Origin: an uncultured Rubrivivax sp.
GTDB lineage: Bacteria; Pseudomonadota; Gammaproteobacteria; Burkholderiales; Burkholderiaceae_C
DNA: 64,000 nucleotides
Assembly: GCA_964470565.1 (NCBI GenBank)
Contig: CAYYDJ010000019.1
Location: 15,472 to 79,471, forward strand
Direction: 5' to 3'
The notes under the pieces were generated by a model that was not told where the DNA came from, did not search any database, and was given only the letters and a program-made list of their open reading frames with translations. Positions 10,534 to 18,896 of this stretch are shown here, in pieces. Every line of letters begins with the position of its first letter. The stretch's first letter is position 1. A program made the position numbers and the translations under genes.

Positions 10534-11492
10534 GCCGGACCGCCGATCATCTGTACTGGATGTCGCGCTACATGGAGCGTGCGGAGAACACCGCGCGCAT
10601 GCTCGACGTCAACTACCAGACCGCGCTGCTGCCGCAGGGCGCCGACACCGCCGAGCAGGGCTGGCGCGGCATGCTCTCGATCAGCGAGCTGACGGGCCTG
10701 TTCGGCCAACGTTACGCGCAAGTCGACGCGAGCAGCGTGATGGACTTCATGGTGCGCGACGAGGACAACCAGTCCAGCATCTGGAACTGCCTGCGCGCGG
10801 CGCGCGAGAACGCGCGCGCGGTGCGCGGCGCGCTGACCACCGAGGTCTGGGAGACCACCAACCAGACCTGGCTGGAGTTCAACCGCCTGCTGCGCAAGGG
10901 CGGCGACTTCGACCGCGACCCCGCCGCGCTGTTCGAATGGGTCAAGTTCCGCAGCCACCTCAGCCGCGGCGTCACCCTGGGCACCATGCTGCAGGACGAG
11001 GCGCTGTACTTCCTGCGCATCGGCACCTTCCTGGAGCGCGCCGACAACACCGCGCGGCTGCTGGACGTGAAGTTCCAGGCCCTGGCCGGCGGCGACTACT
11101 TCGGCGGCCCCGACAAGGCCGAGCAGGAGGTGGACTTCTATCACTGGAGCGCGATCCTGCGCTCGGTGTCCGGCTTCGAGATCTACCGCAAGGTCTACCG
11201 CAACGTGATCGTCCCCGAGAAGGTGGCCGATCTGCTGATCCTGCGTCCCGACATGCCGCGCTCGCTGGCCGCCTGCATGAACGAGGTGGTGGGCAACCTC
11301 GTGCTGGTGGCCAACGCGCAAAGCGAAGAAACCCGCCGCCGCGCCGGCCGGCTGCAATCCGACCTGCGCTACGGCCGCATCGACGAGATCCTGGCCACCG
11401 GGCTGCACGCCTACCTGACGCAGTTTCTCGACCGCGTCGGCGACATCGGCGCCGGGATCGGGCGGGACTTTCTGGTGCCGGTGGCGGCCTGA
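10527..11492 (+). CDS. Alpha-E domain protein (321 aa)
   Basis: ATG at 10527 overlaps the upstream stop by 7 nt. The N-terminus is [28 protein letters not shown]. Confidence 0.85.
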   Translation: [321 protein letters not shown]

Positions 11493-11501
11493 GGGCGCTG
11501 C

Positions 11502-12353
11502 TCAAGCGCCAACGGGCTCGGCCGACGACAACCACCACCCGTCGCCGATGCACCAGGCCGAGCCGTCGGGCGTCGCCGAGCGCACCAGCGAGCGCACCAG
11601 CGAGCGCACGTCTTGCAGCGACTGGCGCTGCAGCGCCTTGGCCAGCGAGGCCGACGCCGCATCGTCGCGGGCGCCGATGCAGGGGATGAAGGCGACGCGC
11701 ATCAGCGCCGCGGCGGCGTACGACGACTCGGTCTGCCGCGTGACCAGCAGCATCACGCCGAAGCCCTCGTTGGGCGTCAGCGGAAAGACCAGCCGCCCGC
11801 CGATGCGCAGCGCGTCCAGCCAGGCCGCGGGCGGGTGCGTGGCGCCGGCGCTGACGTAGATGACGTCGCTGGCCGGCAGCGCGGTCTCGGTCGCCGAGGC
11901 GTGTCGCACCTCGACCTGCGGCCACGGCCGCAGCGCCGCCTGGGCCTTGGTCGCCAGGTCTTCCTCGCGCTCGATCGCGATCACGCGGCCCGCCGGCCCG
12001 ACCAGCTCTGCCAGGATCGCGGTGTAGTAGCCGGTGCCCGCGCCCAGGTGCATCACCGTCTCGCCCGGCGCCGGCGCCACCGCGGCCATGCAGCGCGCGT
12101 GCAGCGACGGCTGGCCGTTGTTGATCTGCCGCTCCGGCGCCAGCGCGACCAGCACGTCCTGGTACAGCAACCGCGGGTCTTCCGACAAGGTCGGCAGATC
12201 GCCCGAGCCGACGAATACCTGCCACGGCCCGGGCCCGAGGAAGTCCTCGCGCGGCACCGCCGCGAAGGCCTCGATCAGCCGCGGGTCGCTGGAGCCGGCG
12301 CTGCGGACGATGTACTCGGCGTAGAAGCGGCGATGGTCGGCGACGGCGTTCAT
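11502..12353 (-). CDS. Protein-L-isoaspartate O-methyltransferase (PIMT)-like SAM methyltransferase with C-terminal extension
   Basis: MNAVADHRRFYAEYIV...AFAAVPREDFLGPGPW matches the PIMT N-terminus. SAM motif I is VMHLGAGTGYYTAILAELVG. The ATG overlaps the upstream stop as ATGA (12350-12353). The ~55-aa tail carries a VRSLVRSLVRS repeat. Confidence 0.7.
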   Translation of the reverse strand: MNAVADHRRFYAEYIVRSAGSSDPRLIEAFAAVPREDFLGPGPWQVFVGSGDLPTLSEDPRLLYQDVLVALAPERQINNGQPSLHARCMAAVAPAPGETVMHLGAGTGYYTAILAELVGPAGRVIAIEREEDLATKAQAALRPWPQVEVRHASATETALPASDVIYVSAGATHPPAAWLDALRIGGRLVFPLTPNEGFGVMLLVTRQTESSYAAAALMRVAFIPCIGARDDAASASLAKALQRQSLQDVRSLVRSLVRSATPDGSAWCIGDGWWLSSAEPVGA

Positions 12354-13030
12354 GGCGACGCGGTCGGACTGGGCTGCAGCTGCGGCCGGCATTGTCCGGG
12401 CATCGCGTGGCTCAGCACGAGCTGCCGGTACTCGTCGAGCGACGGCCAGCCGATGGCCTTGCGGCGGGCCTCGACCTTGGTGCGATCGTCCAGCGGCCGG
12501 AAGTCCAGTTCGCAAGGCGCCTTGAGGGTGAGCTGGGTGCCGTAAAGCTGCGGCCGGCCTTCGGCCAGCGCGACCCGGTCCGCCAGGTAGGCCAGATGGT
12601 CGGCCGGCGCTTCGCCCTGAGCGACCCGGTCACGCAGCCGCGCAAGGGCAACCTTTTGGAACGGCCGGTCGCGGTCGGCGTGCTGCGCCAGCAGCCACGC
12701 ATCGTCGACCGCCGCCGCGCCGTGCACGCTGCGCCGGGGCCAGCCGCAGCGCCTGAGCAGCGACTTCAGCCGCGCGGTGTTCTGGCGGTCGACCAGCTCG
12801 GTCAACTGGACGATCCGGGGCGGCTCGGCGCTGTGGGCGGACTCGGAAAAATCCCAGCGCGAGCGCAGCGCCTGGTCGGCGACGACCATCTGGCGCAGCG
12901 CGGCGGCATACCCGGTGCATTCGACAGATTCAGCAGCCGCGGGTGCCCAGGCAAGCACCATGGTGGCGACACCGGCGAGCAGGCGTGTGGGCGGCATGGT
13001 GGCGCGCGACGCGATCCGGCGATGGCTCAT
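12350..13030 (-). CDS. Secreted hypothetical protein, DUF6624-like
   Basis: Signal-like N-terminus (LLAGVATMVLAWAPAAAE). Family-like motifs are RRCGWPRRSVHG, AWLLAQHAD and AYLADRVALAEGRPQLYGTQ. It overlaps the upstream gene as ATGA (13027-13030). An alternative ATG lies at 12997. Confidence 0.55.
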   Translation of the reverse strand: MSHRRIASRATMPPTRLLAGVATMVLAWAPAAAESVECTGYAAALRQMVVADQALRSRWDFSESAHSAEPPRIVQLTELVDRQNTARLKSLLRRCGWPRRSVHGAAAVDDAWLLAQHADRDRPFQKVALARLRDRVAQGEAPADHLAYLADRVALAEGRPQLYGTQLTLKAPCELDFRPLDDRTKVEARRKAIGWPSLDEYRQLVLSHAMPGQCRPQLQPSPTASP

Positions 13031-13473
13031 GCCGCGTCGCCGCGGCCCGACGCCTGCGCGAACGCCTCGCGCTCGAAGCGATTGCCGCGATACGGGCAAT
13101 CGCCGCGCAGCCAGGCCATCAGGCTGGACAAGGGGTAGGCGACCAGGAAGCAGGGGCCGAGGCTTTCGTACTGGCGCACGTGCACCCTTTCGTGCGGCCG
13201 CAGCGCGGCCAGCGCCTCGTGGCTCTGGCCGACGATCACGTGGCCGAAGGTGATGGCCAGGAAGGGCAGGCGGCAAGCCCAGCGCGGCGCCTGCCGCTGC
13301 CGGCCGGCGAGCGCGATCTCCAGCGTGTGGCCGACGCGCCTGGCGCTGCCGCCGAGCGCGAGGGCGAGCGCGCCCAGCGACAGGCCGATCAGGCTGCAGG
13401 GCAGGGCCCAGGCCATGCGCAATGGCGTGCAGCGATGATCGATGGGCGTGTGAGGCATGCCTGCTTTCATCAC
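13027..13473 (-). CDS. Small membrane protein with HExxH motif (putative metallopeptidase-like)
   Basis: Two to three hydrophobic segments, plus HERVHVRQYE (HExxH followed by Glu). The start is GTG 13473, ATG 13470 or ATG 13455. It directly abuts the DUF1697 stop at 13474. Confidence 0.5.
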   Translation of the reverse strand: MMKAGMPHTPIDHRCTPLRMAWALPCSLIGLSLGALALALGGSARRVGHTLEIALAGRQRQAPRWACRLPFLAITFGHVIVGQSHEALAALRPHERVHVRQYESLGPCFLVAYPLSSLMAWLRGDCPYRGNRFEREAFAQASGRGDAA

Positions 13474-13848
13474 TCAAGCCACCGCGCACTTGCTCACCGT
13501 GTCCCAGGTCCGCGTCGTCACGTCGGTGCCGAAGGCCCTCTCGATCAGCTTCATGAACACCGGCCCTTCGTCGCCGGGGATGTAGGCGGTGAAGACGTGC
13601 AGGCCGTGCTGGCAGGCCACGGTGGCAAAGCCCTCGGTCAGGGGCAGCGGCAGGCGCGGCGGCCGCGCGTCGCGCAGGAAGCTGACCACGCGCTTGGCCT
13701 GCGGCGGAAAGGCGAAAGGCGCGAAGGGATCGGTGGCCAGCAGCGTCTTCACGCCCTCGAAGCCCGCGCGCTCGAAGCAGCGCTTGAGCGCGGGCATGCT
13801 GGCGTTGAGCGGGCTCACGCCTCTGAGCAAAGCGACGAAGCGGGGCAT
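13474..13848 (-). CDS. DUF1697-like protein, short form (124 aa)
   Basis: The N-terminus MPRFVALLRGVSPLN...MPALKRCFERAGFEGVKT and the C-terminus GTDVTTRTWDTVSK match the two ends of DUF1697. The central ~50 aa seen in typical ~180-aa members appear to be absent. Confidence 0.5.
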   Translation of the reverse strand: MPRFVALLRGVSPLNASMPALKRCFERAGFEGVKTLLATDPFAPFAFPPQAKRVVSFLRDARPPRLPLPLTEGFATVACQHGLHVFTAYIPGDEGPVFMKLIERAFGTDVTTRTWDTVSKCAVA

Positions 13849-13961
13849 GGGCGTGATGTTAGGCCCGGCGGCGTGGCGCGGATGGCCGCCGCCGGCGCAG
13901 CGCATGACTGCAGCTGCGGCCGTGCGCCGATAATGGCTCGTCCGCCTTCTGGAGCACCGCA

Positions 13962-14546
13962 ATGGCACGCGCACAGGCACGGTCTTTCCTGACCGCCGCC
14001 GACTACCTGGAATGGGAGCAGGCGCAGGCGGAGCGCCATGAGTACATCGATGGCGAGGTGTTCGCCATGGCTGGCGCCGAGGATGGGCACGTGACGGTGG
14101 CGGTCAACCTCACCTCCGCCCTGCACCGGCATCTGCGCGGGAGCCCGTGCAAGACCTACATGAGCGACATGCGCCTGCACGTGGCGGCCTCCGACGCCTA
14201 TTTCTATCCCGCCGTGATGGTCACCTGCGACGCCGACGACCGCGCCAGACGGCTGTCCAAGTCCGCTCCGGTGCTGGTGGCCGAGGTGCTGTCGCCCGGC
14301 ACGGCGCAGTACGACATGGGTGTCAAGTTCGCCCACTACCGCCAGATCGCAAGCCTGCGCGAATACGTGCTCATCGACATCGACCGGCGCAGCGCCGACG
14401 TCTACCGCAAGGGCGCCGACGGCCTGTGGGTGCTGCACCCGTTCAGCGGCGGGCAGGCGGTGGAACTGAAGAGCGTCGAACTGGCGTTGCCTGCCGCCGA
14501 GTTGTTCGCCGACCTGGAGGGGGAAGGCGAGGCCACGCAAGCGTGA
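13962..14546 (+). CDS. Uma2 family (DUF820) endonuclease
   Basis: Recognisable motifs are YLEWEQAQAERHEYIDGEVFAMAG, PVLVAEVLSPGT and REYVLIDIDRR. Confidence 0.75.
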   Translation: MARAQARSFLTAADYLEWEQAQAERHEYIDGEVFAMAGAEDGHVTVAVNLTSALHRHLRGSPCKTYMSDMRLHVAASDAYFYPAVMVTCDADDRARRLSKSAPVLVAEVLSPGTAQYDMGVKFAHYRQIASLREYVLIDIDRRSADVYRKGADGLWVLHPFSGGQAVELKSVELALPAAELFADLEGEGEATQA

Positions 14547-14600
14547 TGTCAGACCCGGCTGAGCGACCGTCGTCGCCTGCCGCCCGCAGCCCCGGCGCCT

Positions 14601-16853
14601 ATGATCGGCGCCATGCGCGCGCTCTGGCTGCTGATCCTCGCCGGCCTGCCGCTGGCGGGGCCGGCGCACAGCCAGCCTCAGCCGCCGCTGGCCGAGAAGC
14701 GGCCCTTCGTCGTCAAGAGCCCGCACGGCGAGCGCAGTGACGATTACCACTGGCTGCGCGACGACGATCCGCAGGCCAAGCGGCCCGAGATCCTGCGCTA
14801 CCTCGAAGCCGAGAACCGCTACACCGAGGCCGTGCTGGCGCCGCTGCGCGGCTTGCGCGAGCGGCTGACGCAGGAGATGGCCGCGCGCGTGCGGCCCGAC
14901 GAAAGCAGCGTGCCGGTGTACGAGCGCGGCTGGTGGCTGTGGCGGCAGTACGAAAGCGGCGTCCAGCATCCGCGGCTGATGCGCCGCCGCGGCACGGCCG
15001 AGGGTCCCGACCCTGCGGCCCGCGCCGAGGTGTTGCTCGACCTGCCGCAGCAGGCCATCGCGCAGCGCTACTACGCGCTGGGCCAGGCAAGGCTCAGCCC
15101 CGACGGCCAGTGGCTGGCCTGGACCGAGGACGTGGTGGGCCGCGGCGCCCACGACCTCTACATCCAGAACCTGTCGACGCGGCGGCTGCAGCCCGAGCGC
15201 CTCAGCGGCGTGCTCGAAGGCTTTGCCTGGGCTGCCGACAGCCGCACCGTGTTCTACGTGCGGCAGGACCCGGTCACGCTGCACAGCGGCGCCGTCTGGC
15301 GCCACCAGCGCGGCAGCCCGGCCACGGCCGACACCCTGGTGCACGACGAGGCCGACAAGACGCTGTTCGTCGAGGTGCGGCCCAGCGCCTCGCGGCGCCA
15401 GGTGCTGATCGACATCCACGGCAGCGACACCGCCGAACTGCGCGCCGTGCCGGCCGATGCGCCGCAGCAGCCGGCCCGCGTGGTCTTCGCGCGCCGCGCC
15501 GGCGTGCGCCTGCATGCCGATCACGCCGGCGGCCGCTGGCTGCTGCGCACCAATGAAGGCGCGACCGAGTTCCGCCTGGTGGCGGCACCCGAAAAGGACC
15601 CCGACCAGCGTGCCGGCTGGCGCACCCTGGTGCCGGTGCGCGAGGGCGTGGCGCTGGGCGCCTTCGAGGCTTTCGACCACGCCATCGTCGTCGAGGAATC
15701 GGCGCAGGGCCGGCCGCGCGTGCGGCTGCTGGCGCCCGACGGCAGCGAGCGCCGCGTCGTCGAGCCGCCCGAGGCCGGCATGGTCGGCCTGGGCGAGAAC
15801 CGCGACCCTTCGGCGGCGCAGGTGCAGCTGGTGCTGCAGTCGCTGGTGCGGCCGCCGGCCATCGTCGACGTGCAGCTCGCCAGCGGCCGCGAGACGCTGC
15901 GGCGGCAGGAGCGCGTGCCCGGGCAGGACCTGGCGCTGTACCGCAGCCAGCTGCTGTGGGCGCGTGCGCGCGACGGCGCGCAGGTGCCCGTCACGCTGGC
16001 CTGGCGCAGCGACCGCGCCCGGCGCGATGGCGGCGCGCCGCTGCTGATCGAGGCTTACGGCGCCTACGGCGACCCCTATGAGCCCGAGTTCGGCGCCCAC
16101 CGGCTGTCGCTGCTGGACCGCGGCTTCGTGATCGCCATCGCCCACGTGCGCGGCGGCGGCGAGCTCGGCCAGGCCTGGTACGAGGCCGGCCGCAACCTGC
16201 ACAAGCGGCGCAGCTTCGAGGACTTCATGGCCGTCGCCGACCACCTGGTGGAGCAGCGCTGGGCCGCGACCGACAAGCTGTTCGGCCAGGGCGCCTCGGC
16301 CGGCGGGCTGCTGCTGGCGGTGGTGGCCAACGAGGCTGGCGCGCGCTTTCGCGGCCTGGCGCTGGACGTGCCCTTCGTCGACGTGCTGACCACCATGCTC
16401 GACCCCACGCTGCCGCTCACCGCCAACGAATGGGGCGAGTGGGGCGACCCGCGCGAGAAGGCCGCCTACGAGCGCATGCGCGCCTGGTCGCCCTACGACA
16501 ACATCGGTGCGCGCGCATACCCGGCCATGTTGGTGACCACCGCGCTGTGGGATTCGCGCGTGCAGGTGCACGAGCCGGCCAAGTACGTGGCCCGCCTGCG
16601 CGCCGCCAGAACCGACCGCAACCCGCTGCTGCTGCACGTGGAGATGCAAGGCGGCCACGCCGGCGCCGTGGGCCGGCTGGAGCAGCCGCGGCACTGGGCG
16701 CGCGAGTACGCCTTCTTCCTGGATCTCGCGGGCCTTGCCGGCACCGCGGCGGAGGCGCTGCCGGGCGCGGCGGCAGCGGCCGCTGCGCCACCGGCTGCCG
16801 CTTCGGCCGTGCCGCCGGGCGACACGCTGCGCTCGATCCGCCTGACCCGCTGA
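14601..16853 (+). CDS. S9 family serine peptidase, oligopeptidase B-like, with signal peptide
   Basis: Family-like motifs are HGERSDDYHWLRDDD and EILRYLEAENRYT. The catalytic-region motif is GQGASAGGLL (GxSxGG). The N-terminal signal is MRALWLLILAGLPLAGPAHSQ. The C-terminal tail is Ala/Pro-rich. Confidence 0.8.
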   Translation: MIGAMRALWLLILAGLPLAGPAHSQPQPPLAEKRPFVVKSPHGERSDDYHWLRDDDPQAKRPEILRYLEAENRYTEAVLAPLRGLRERLTQEMAARVRPDESSVPVYERGWWLWRQYESGVQHPRLMRRRGTAEGPDPAARAEVLLDLPQQAIAQRYYALGQARLSPDGQWLAWTEDVVGRGAHDLYIQNLSTRRLQPERLSGVLEGFAWAADSRTVFYVRQDPVTLHSGAVWRHQRGSPATADTLVHDEADKTLFVEVRPSASRRQVLIDIHGSDTAELRAVPADAPQQPARVVFARRAGVRLHADHAGGRWLLRTNEGATEFRLVAAPEKDPDQRAGWRTLVPVREGVALGAFEAFDHAIVVEESAQGRPRVRLLAPDGSERRVVEPPEAGMVGLGENRDPSAAQVQLVLQSLVRPPAIVDVQLASGRETLRRQERVPGQDLALYRSQLLWARARDGAQVPVTLAWRSDRARRDGGAPLLIEAYGAYGDPYEPEFGAHRLSLLDRGFVIAIAHVRGGGELGQAWYEAGRNLHKRRSFEDFMAVADHLVEQRWAATDKLFGQGASAGGLLLAVVANEAGARFRGLALDVPFVDVLTTMLDPTLPLTANEWGEWGDPREKAAYERMRAWSPYDNIGARAYPAMLVTTALWDSRVQVHEPAKYVARLRAARTDRNPLLLHVEMQGGHAGAVGRLEQPRHWAREYAFFLDLAGLAGTAAEALPGAAAAAAAPPAAASAVPPGDTLRSIRLTR

Positions 16854-16865
16854 GTCCGCCCCACC

Positions 16866-17489
16866 ATGTCCCAGCTCTTCGAAGTCCACCCGCAGAACCC
16901 GCAGCCGCGGCTGCTGAAGCAGGCCGCGCAGATCCTGCACGACGGCGGCGTCGTCGCCGTGCCCACCGATTCCAGCTACGCGCTGGTGTGCCAGCTCGAC
17001 GACAAGGCGGCGGTGGAGCAGCTGCGCCGCATCCGCCAGGTCGACGACAAGCACCACCTGACCTTGCTGTGCCGCGATTTGTCTGAACTGGCGAGTTATG
17101 CGCGCGTCGACAACCGCCAGTACCGCATCCTCAAGCTCGGCACGCCGGGGCCCTACACCTTCATCCTGGAGGCCACCAAGGAAGTGCCGCGCCGCGTCAG
17201 CCACCCTTCGCGCCGCACCATCGGCCTGCGCGTGCCCGAGCACAAGGTCCTGCAGGAGCTGCTGGCGGTGTTCGGCCAGCCGCTGATCGGCACCACGCTG
17301 ATCCCGCCCGGCGAGACCGAACCGCTGAACGACGCCCACGAGATCCGCGACAGGCTGCAAAAGCAGGTGCAGGCCGTGCTCGACGCCGGCGCCTGTCCGA
17401 TGGAGCCGACCACGGTGGTCGACCTCAGCGGCGACGAGCCGCTGCTGCTGCGCCACGGGCGGGGCGATCCGGCGCGGCTGGGGCTCTAA
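16866..17489 (+). CDS. yciO: YciO-type L-threonylcarbamoyladenylate synthase paralog (YrdC/Sua5 fold)
   Basis: MSQLFEVHPQNPQPRLL...VAVPTDSSYALVC...HHLTLLCRDLSELASYARVDN...GPYTFILEATKEVPRRV is collinear with E. coli YciO as I remember it. Confidence 0.8.
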   Translation: MSQLFEVHPQNPQPRLLKQAAQILHDGGVVAVPTDSSYALVCQLDDKAAVEQLRRIRQVDDKHHLTLLCRDLSELASYARVDNRQYRILKLGTPGPYTFILEATKEVPRRVSHPSRRTIGLRVPEHKVLQELLAVFGQPLIGTTLIPPGETEPLNDAHEIRDRLQKQVQAVLDAGACPMEPTTVVDLSGDEPLLLRHGRGDPARLGL

Positions 17490-17498
17490 CTCGTTAAA

Positions 17499-18896
17499 TC
17501 AACGGCCTGTCGCCTCGCTCCAGCCCCCGCCCAGCGCCCGGTACAGCGCCACGCCGTTCTGCGCCTGCGCCGCCTGCACCTGCACCAGGGCCAGGCGGGC
17601 GGCGAACAGCGAGCGTTGGGCGTCCAGCAGTTCCAGCGTGCTGGCGGCGCCGTTGCGCAGCCGCAGGTCCACCAGCGACAGGCGGTCGCGCTCGGCGTCG
17701 ACCTGGGCGGCCTGGGCGCGGCGCTGCTCGTCCAGCGTGCTGCGGCCGGCCAGCGCGTCGGCCACTTCGCGGAAGGCCGCTTGCAGCGACTTCTCGTACT
17801 GCGCCACGGCAATCTCGCGCGCGCGCTCGGCGCTGCGCACGTTGGCCTGGTTGCGGCCGGCGTCGAAGATCGTCTGCAGCAGCGCCGGCGCCAACCCGAA
17901 GCCCCAGCTGCCGGCAGCGAACAGGCCCGACAACTCGCTGCTGACGCTGCCCGCGCTGGCCGTCAGCGTGATGCGCGGGAACAGCGCCGCGCGCGCCGCG
18001 CCGATGTTGGCGTTGGCGGCGATCAGCAGCGCCTCGGCCTGGCGCACGTCGGGGCGGCGGGCCAGCACCTCGGAGGGCAGGCCGACCGGCACGTCGGGCA
18101 GCTCAGGCAATGCCGCGACGGCGCCTTCATCGGGCAGCAACTCGGCCGGCAGCGGCTGCCCCAGCAGCAGCTCCAACGCGTTGCGATCCAGCAGGCGCTG
18201 GCGCTGTTGCTGGGCCAGCGCGATGCGCGCGGCTTCCAGCAGCGAGTCCACCTGCCGCAGGTCCAGCCGCGAAGCGGCGCCGTACTGCAGGCGCAGGGCC
18301 ACCAGGCGGCGCGTTTCGTCGCGCGTGTCCAGGGTCTGGCGGATGACCTGCAGCGCTGCGTCGTCGGCCAGCAGCGCCAGCCACGCGTTGGCCACCGTCG
18401 CCACCAGGCTGATCTGCGCGGCCTTGCGCGCCTCGTCGCTGGCCAGCACTTGCGCGGCGGCCACGTCGTCCAGGCTGCGCAGGCGGCCGAACAGGTCCAG
18501 CTCATAGGCCGAGACCTGCAGCCCGGCACTGTAGACGCGGGTGCTGCTGCCGCCGGGCATGGGCGTGCGCGTGGCGCTGGCGCCGACGCCGACGGTCGGC
18601 CAGAGGTCGGCCTGGCGCACCGTCAACTGCTCGCGCGCCTGCTCGACGTTGAGCATCGCCACGCGCAGGTCGCGGTTGTTCTGCAGCGCCAGCGTGATCA
18701 GGCGGCGCAGGCGCGCATCGGCGGCGAAGAAGTCGGGCCAGGCGAGGTCGGCCGCCGCCGTCGCCGTGGCGGCCGGCGCTGCCTGCGGAAACTGCGCCGC
18801 CACCGGCGCCGCCGGCCGTTGATAGGGCGGCGCCATGCTGCTGCAGGCCGACAGCAGCGCCAGCAGCAGCGGCGCCGTGCGGCGCAGGGCCGTCAT
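17499..18896 (-). CDS. RND efflux outer-membrane factor lipoprotein (NodT/OprM family)
   Basis: Lipobox LLALLSACSS, a typical two-repeat OMF sequence, and an ATGA overlap with the RND pump stop (18893-18896). Confidence 0.85.
   Translation of the reverse strand: MTALRRTAPLLLALLSACSSMAPPYQRPAAPVAAQFPQAAPAATATAAADLAWPDFFAADARLRRLITLALQNNRDLRVAMLNVEQAREQLTVRQADLWPTVGVGASATRTPMPGGSSTRVYSAGLQVSAYELDLFGRLRSLDDVAAAQVLASDEARKAAQISLVATVANAWLALLADDAALQVIRQTLDTRDETRRLVALRLQYGAASRLDLRQVDSLLEAARIALAQQQRQRLLDRNALELLLGQPLPAELLPDEGAVAALPELPDVPVGLPSEVLARRPDVRQAEALLIAANANIGAARAALFPRITLTASAGSVSSELSGLFAAGSWGFGLAPALLQTIFDAGRNQANVRSAERAREIAVAQYEKSLQAAFREVADALAGRSTLDEQRRAQAAQVDAERDRLSLVDLRLRNGAASTLELLDAQRSLFAARLALVQVQAAQAQNGVALYRALGGGWSEATGR

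Noticed and set aside
13815-17456. 1213-aa minus-strand ORF spanning the Uma2, oligopeptidase B and yciO genes.
   Set aside because: It crosses three independently well-supported plus-strand genes and two intergenic regions. Its composition is typical of an antisense GC-rich frame.
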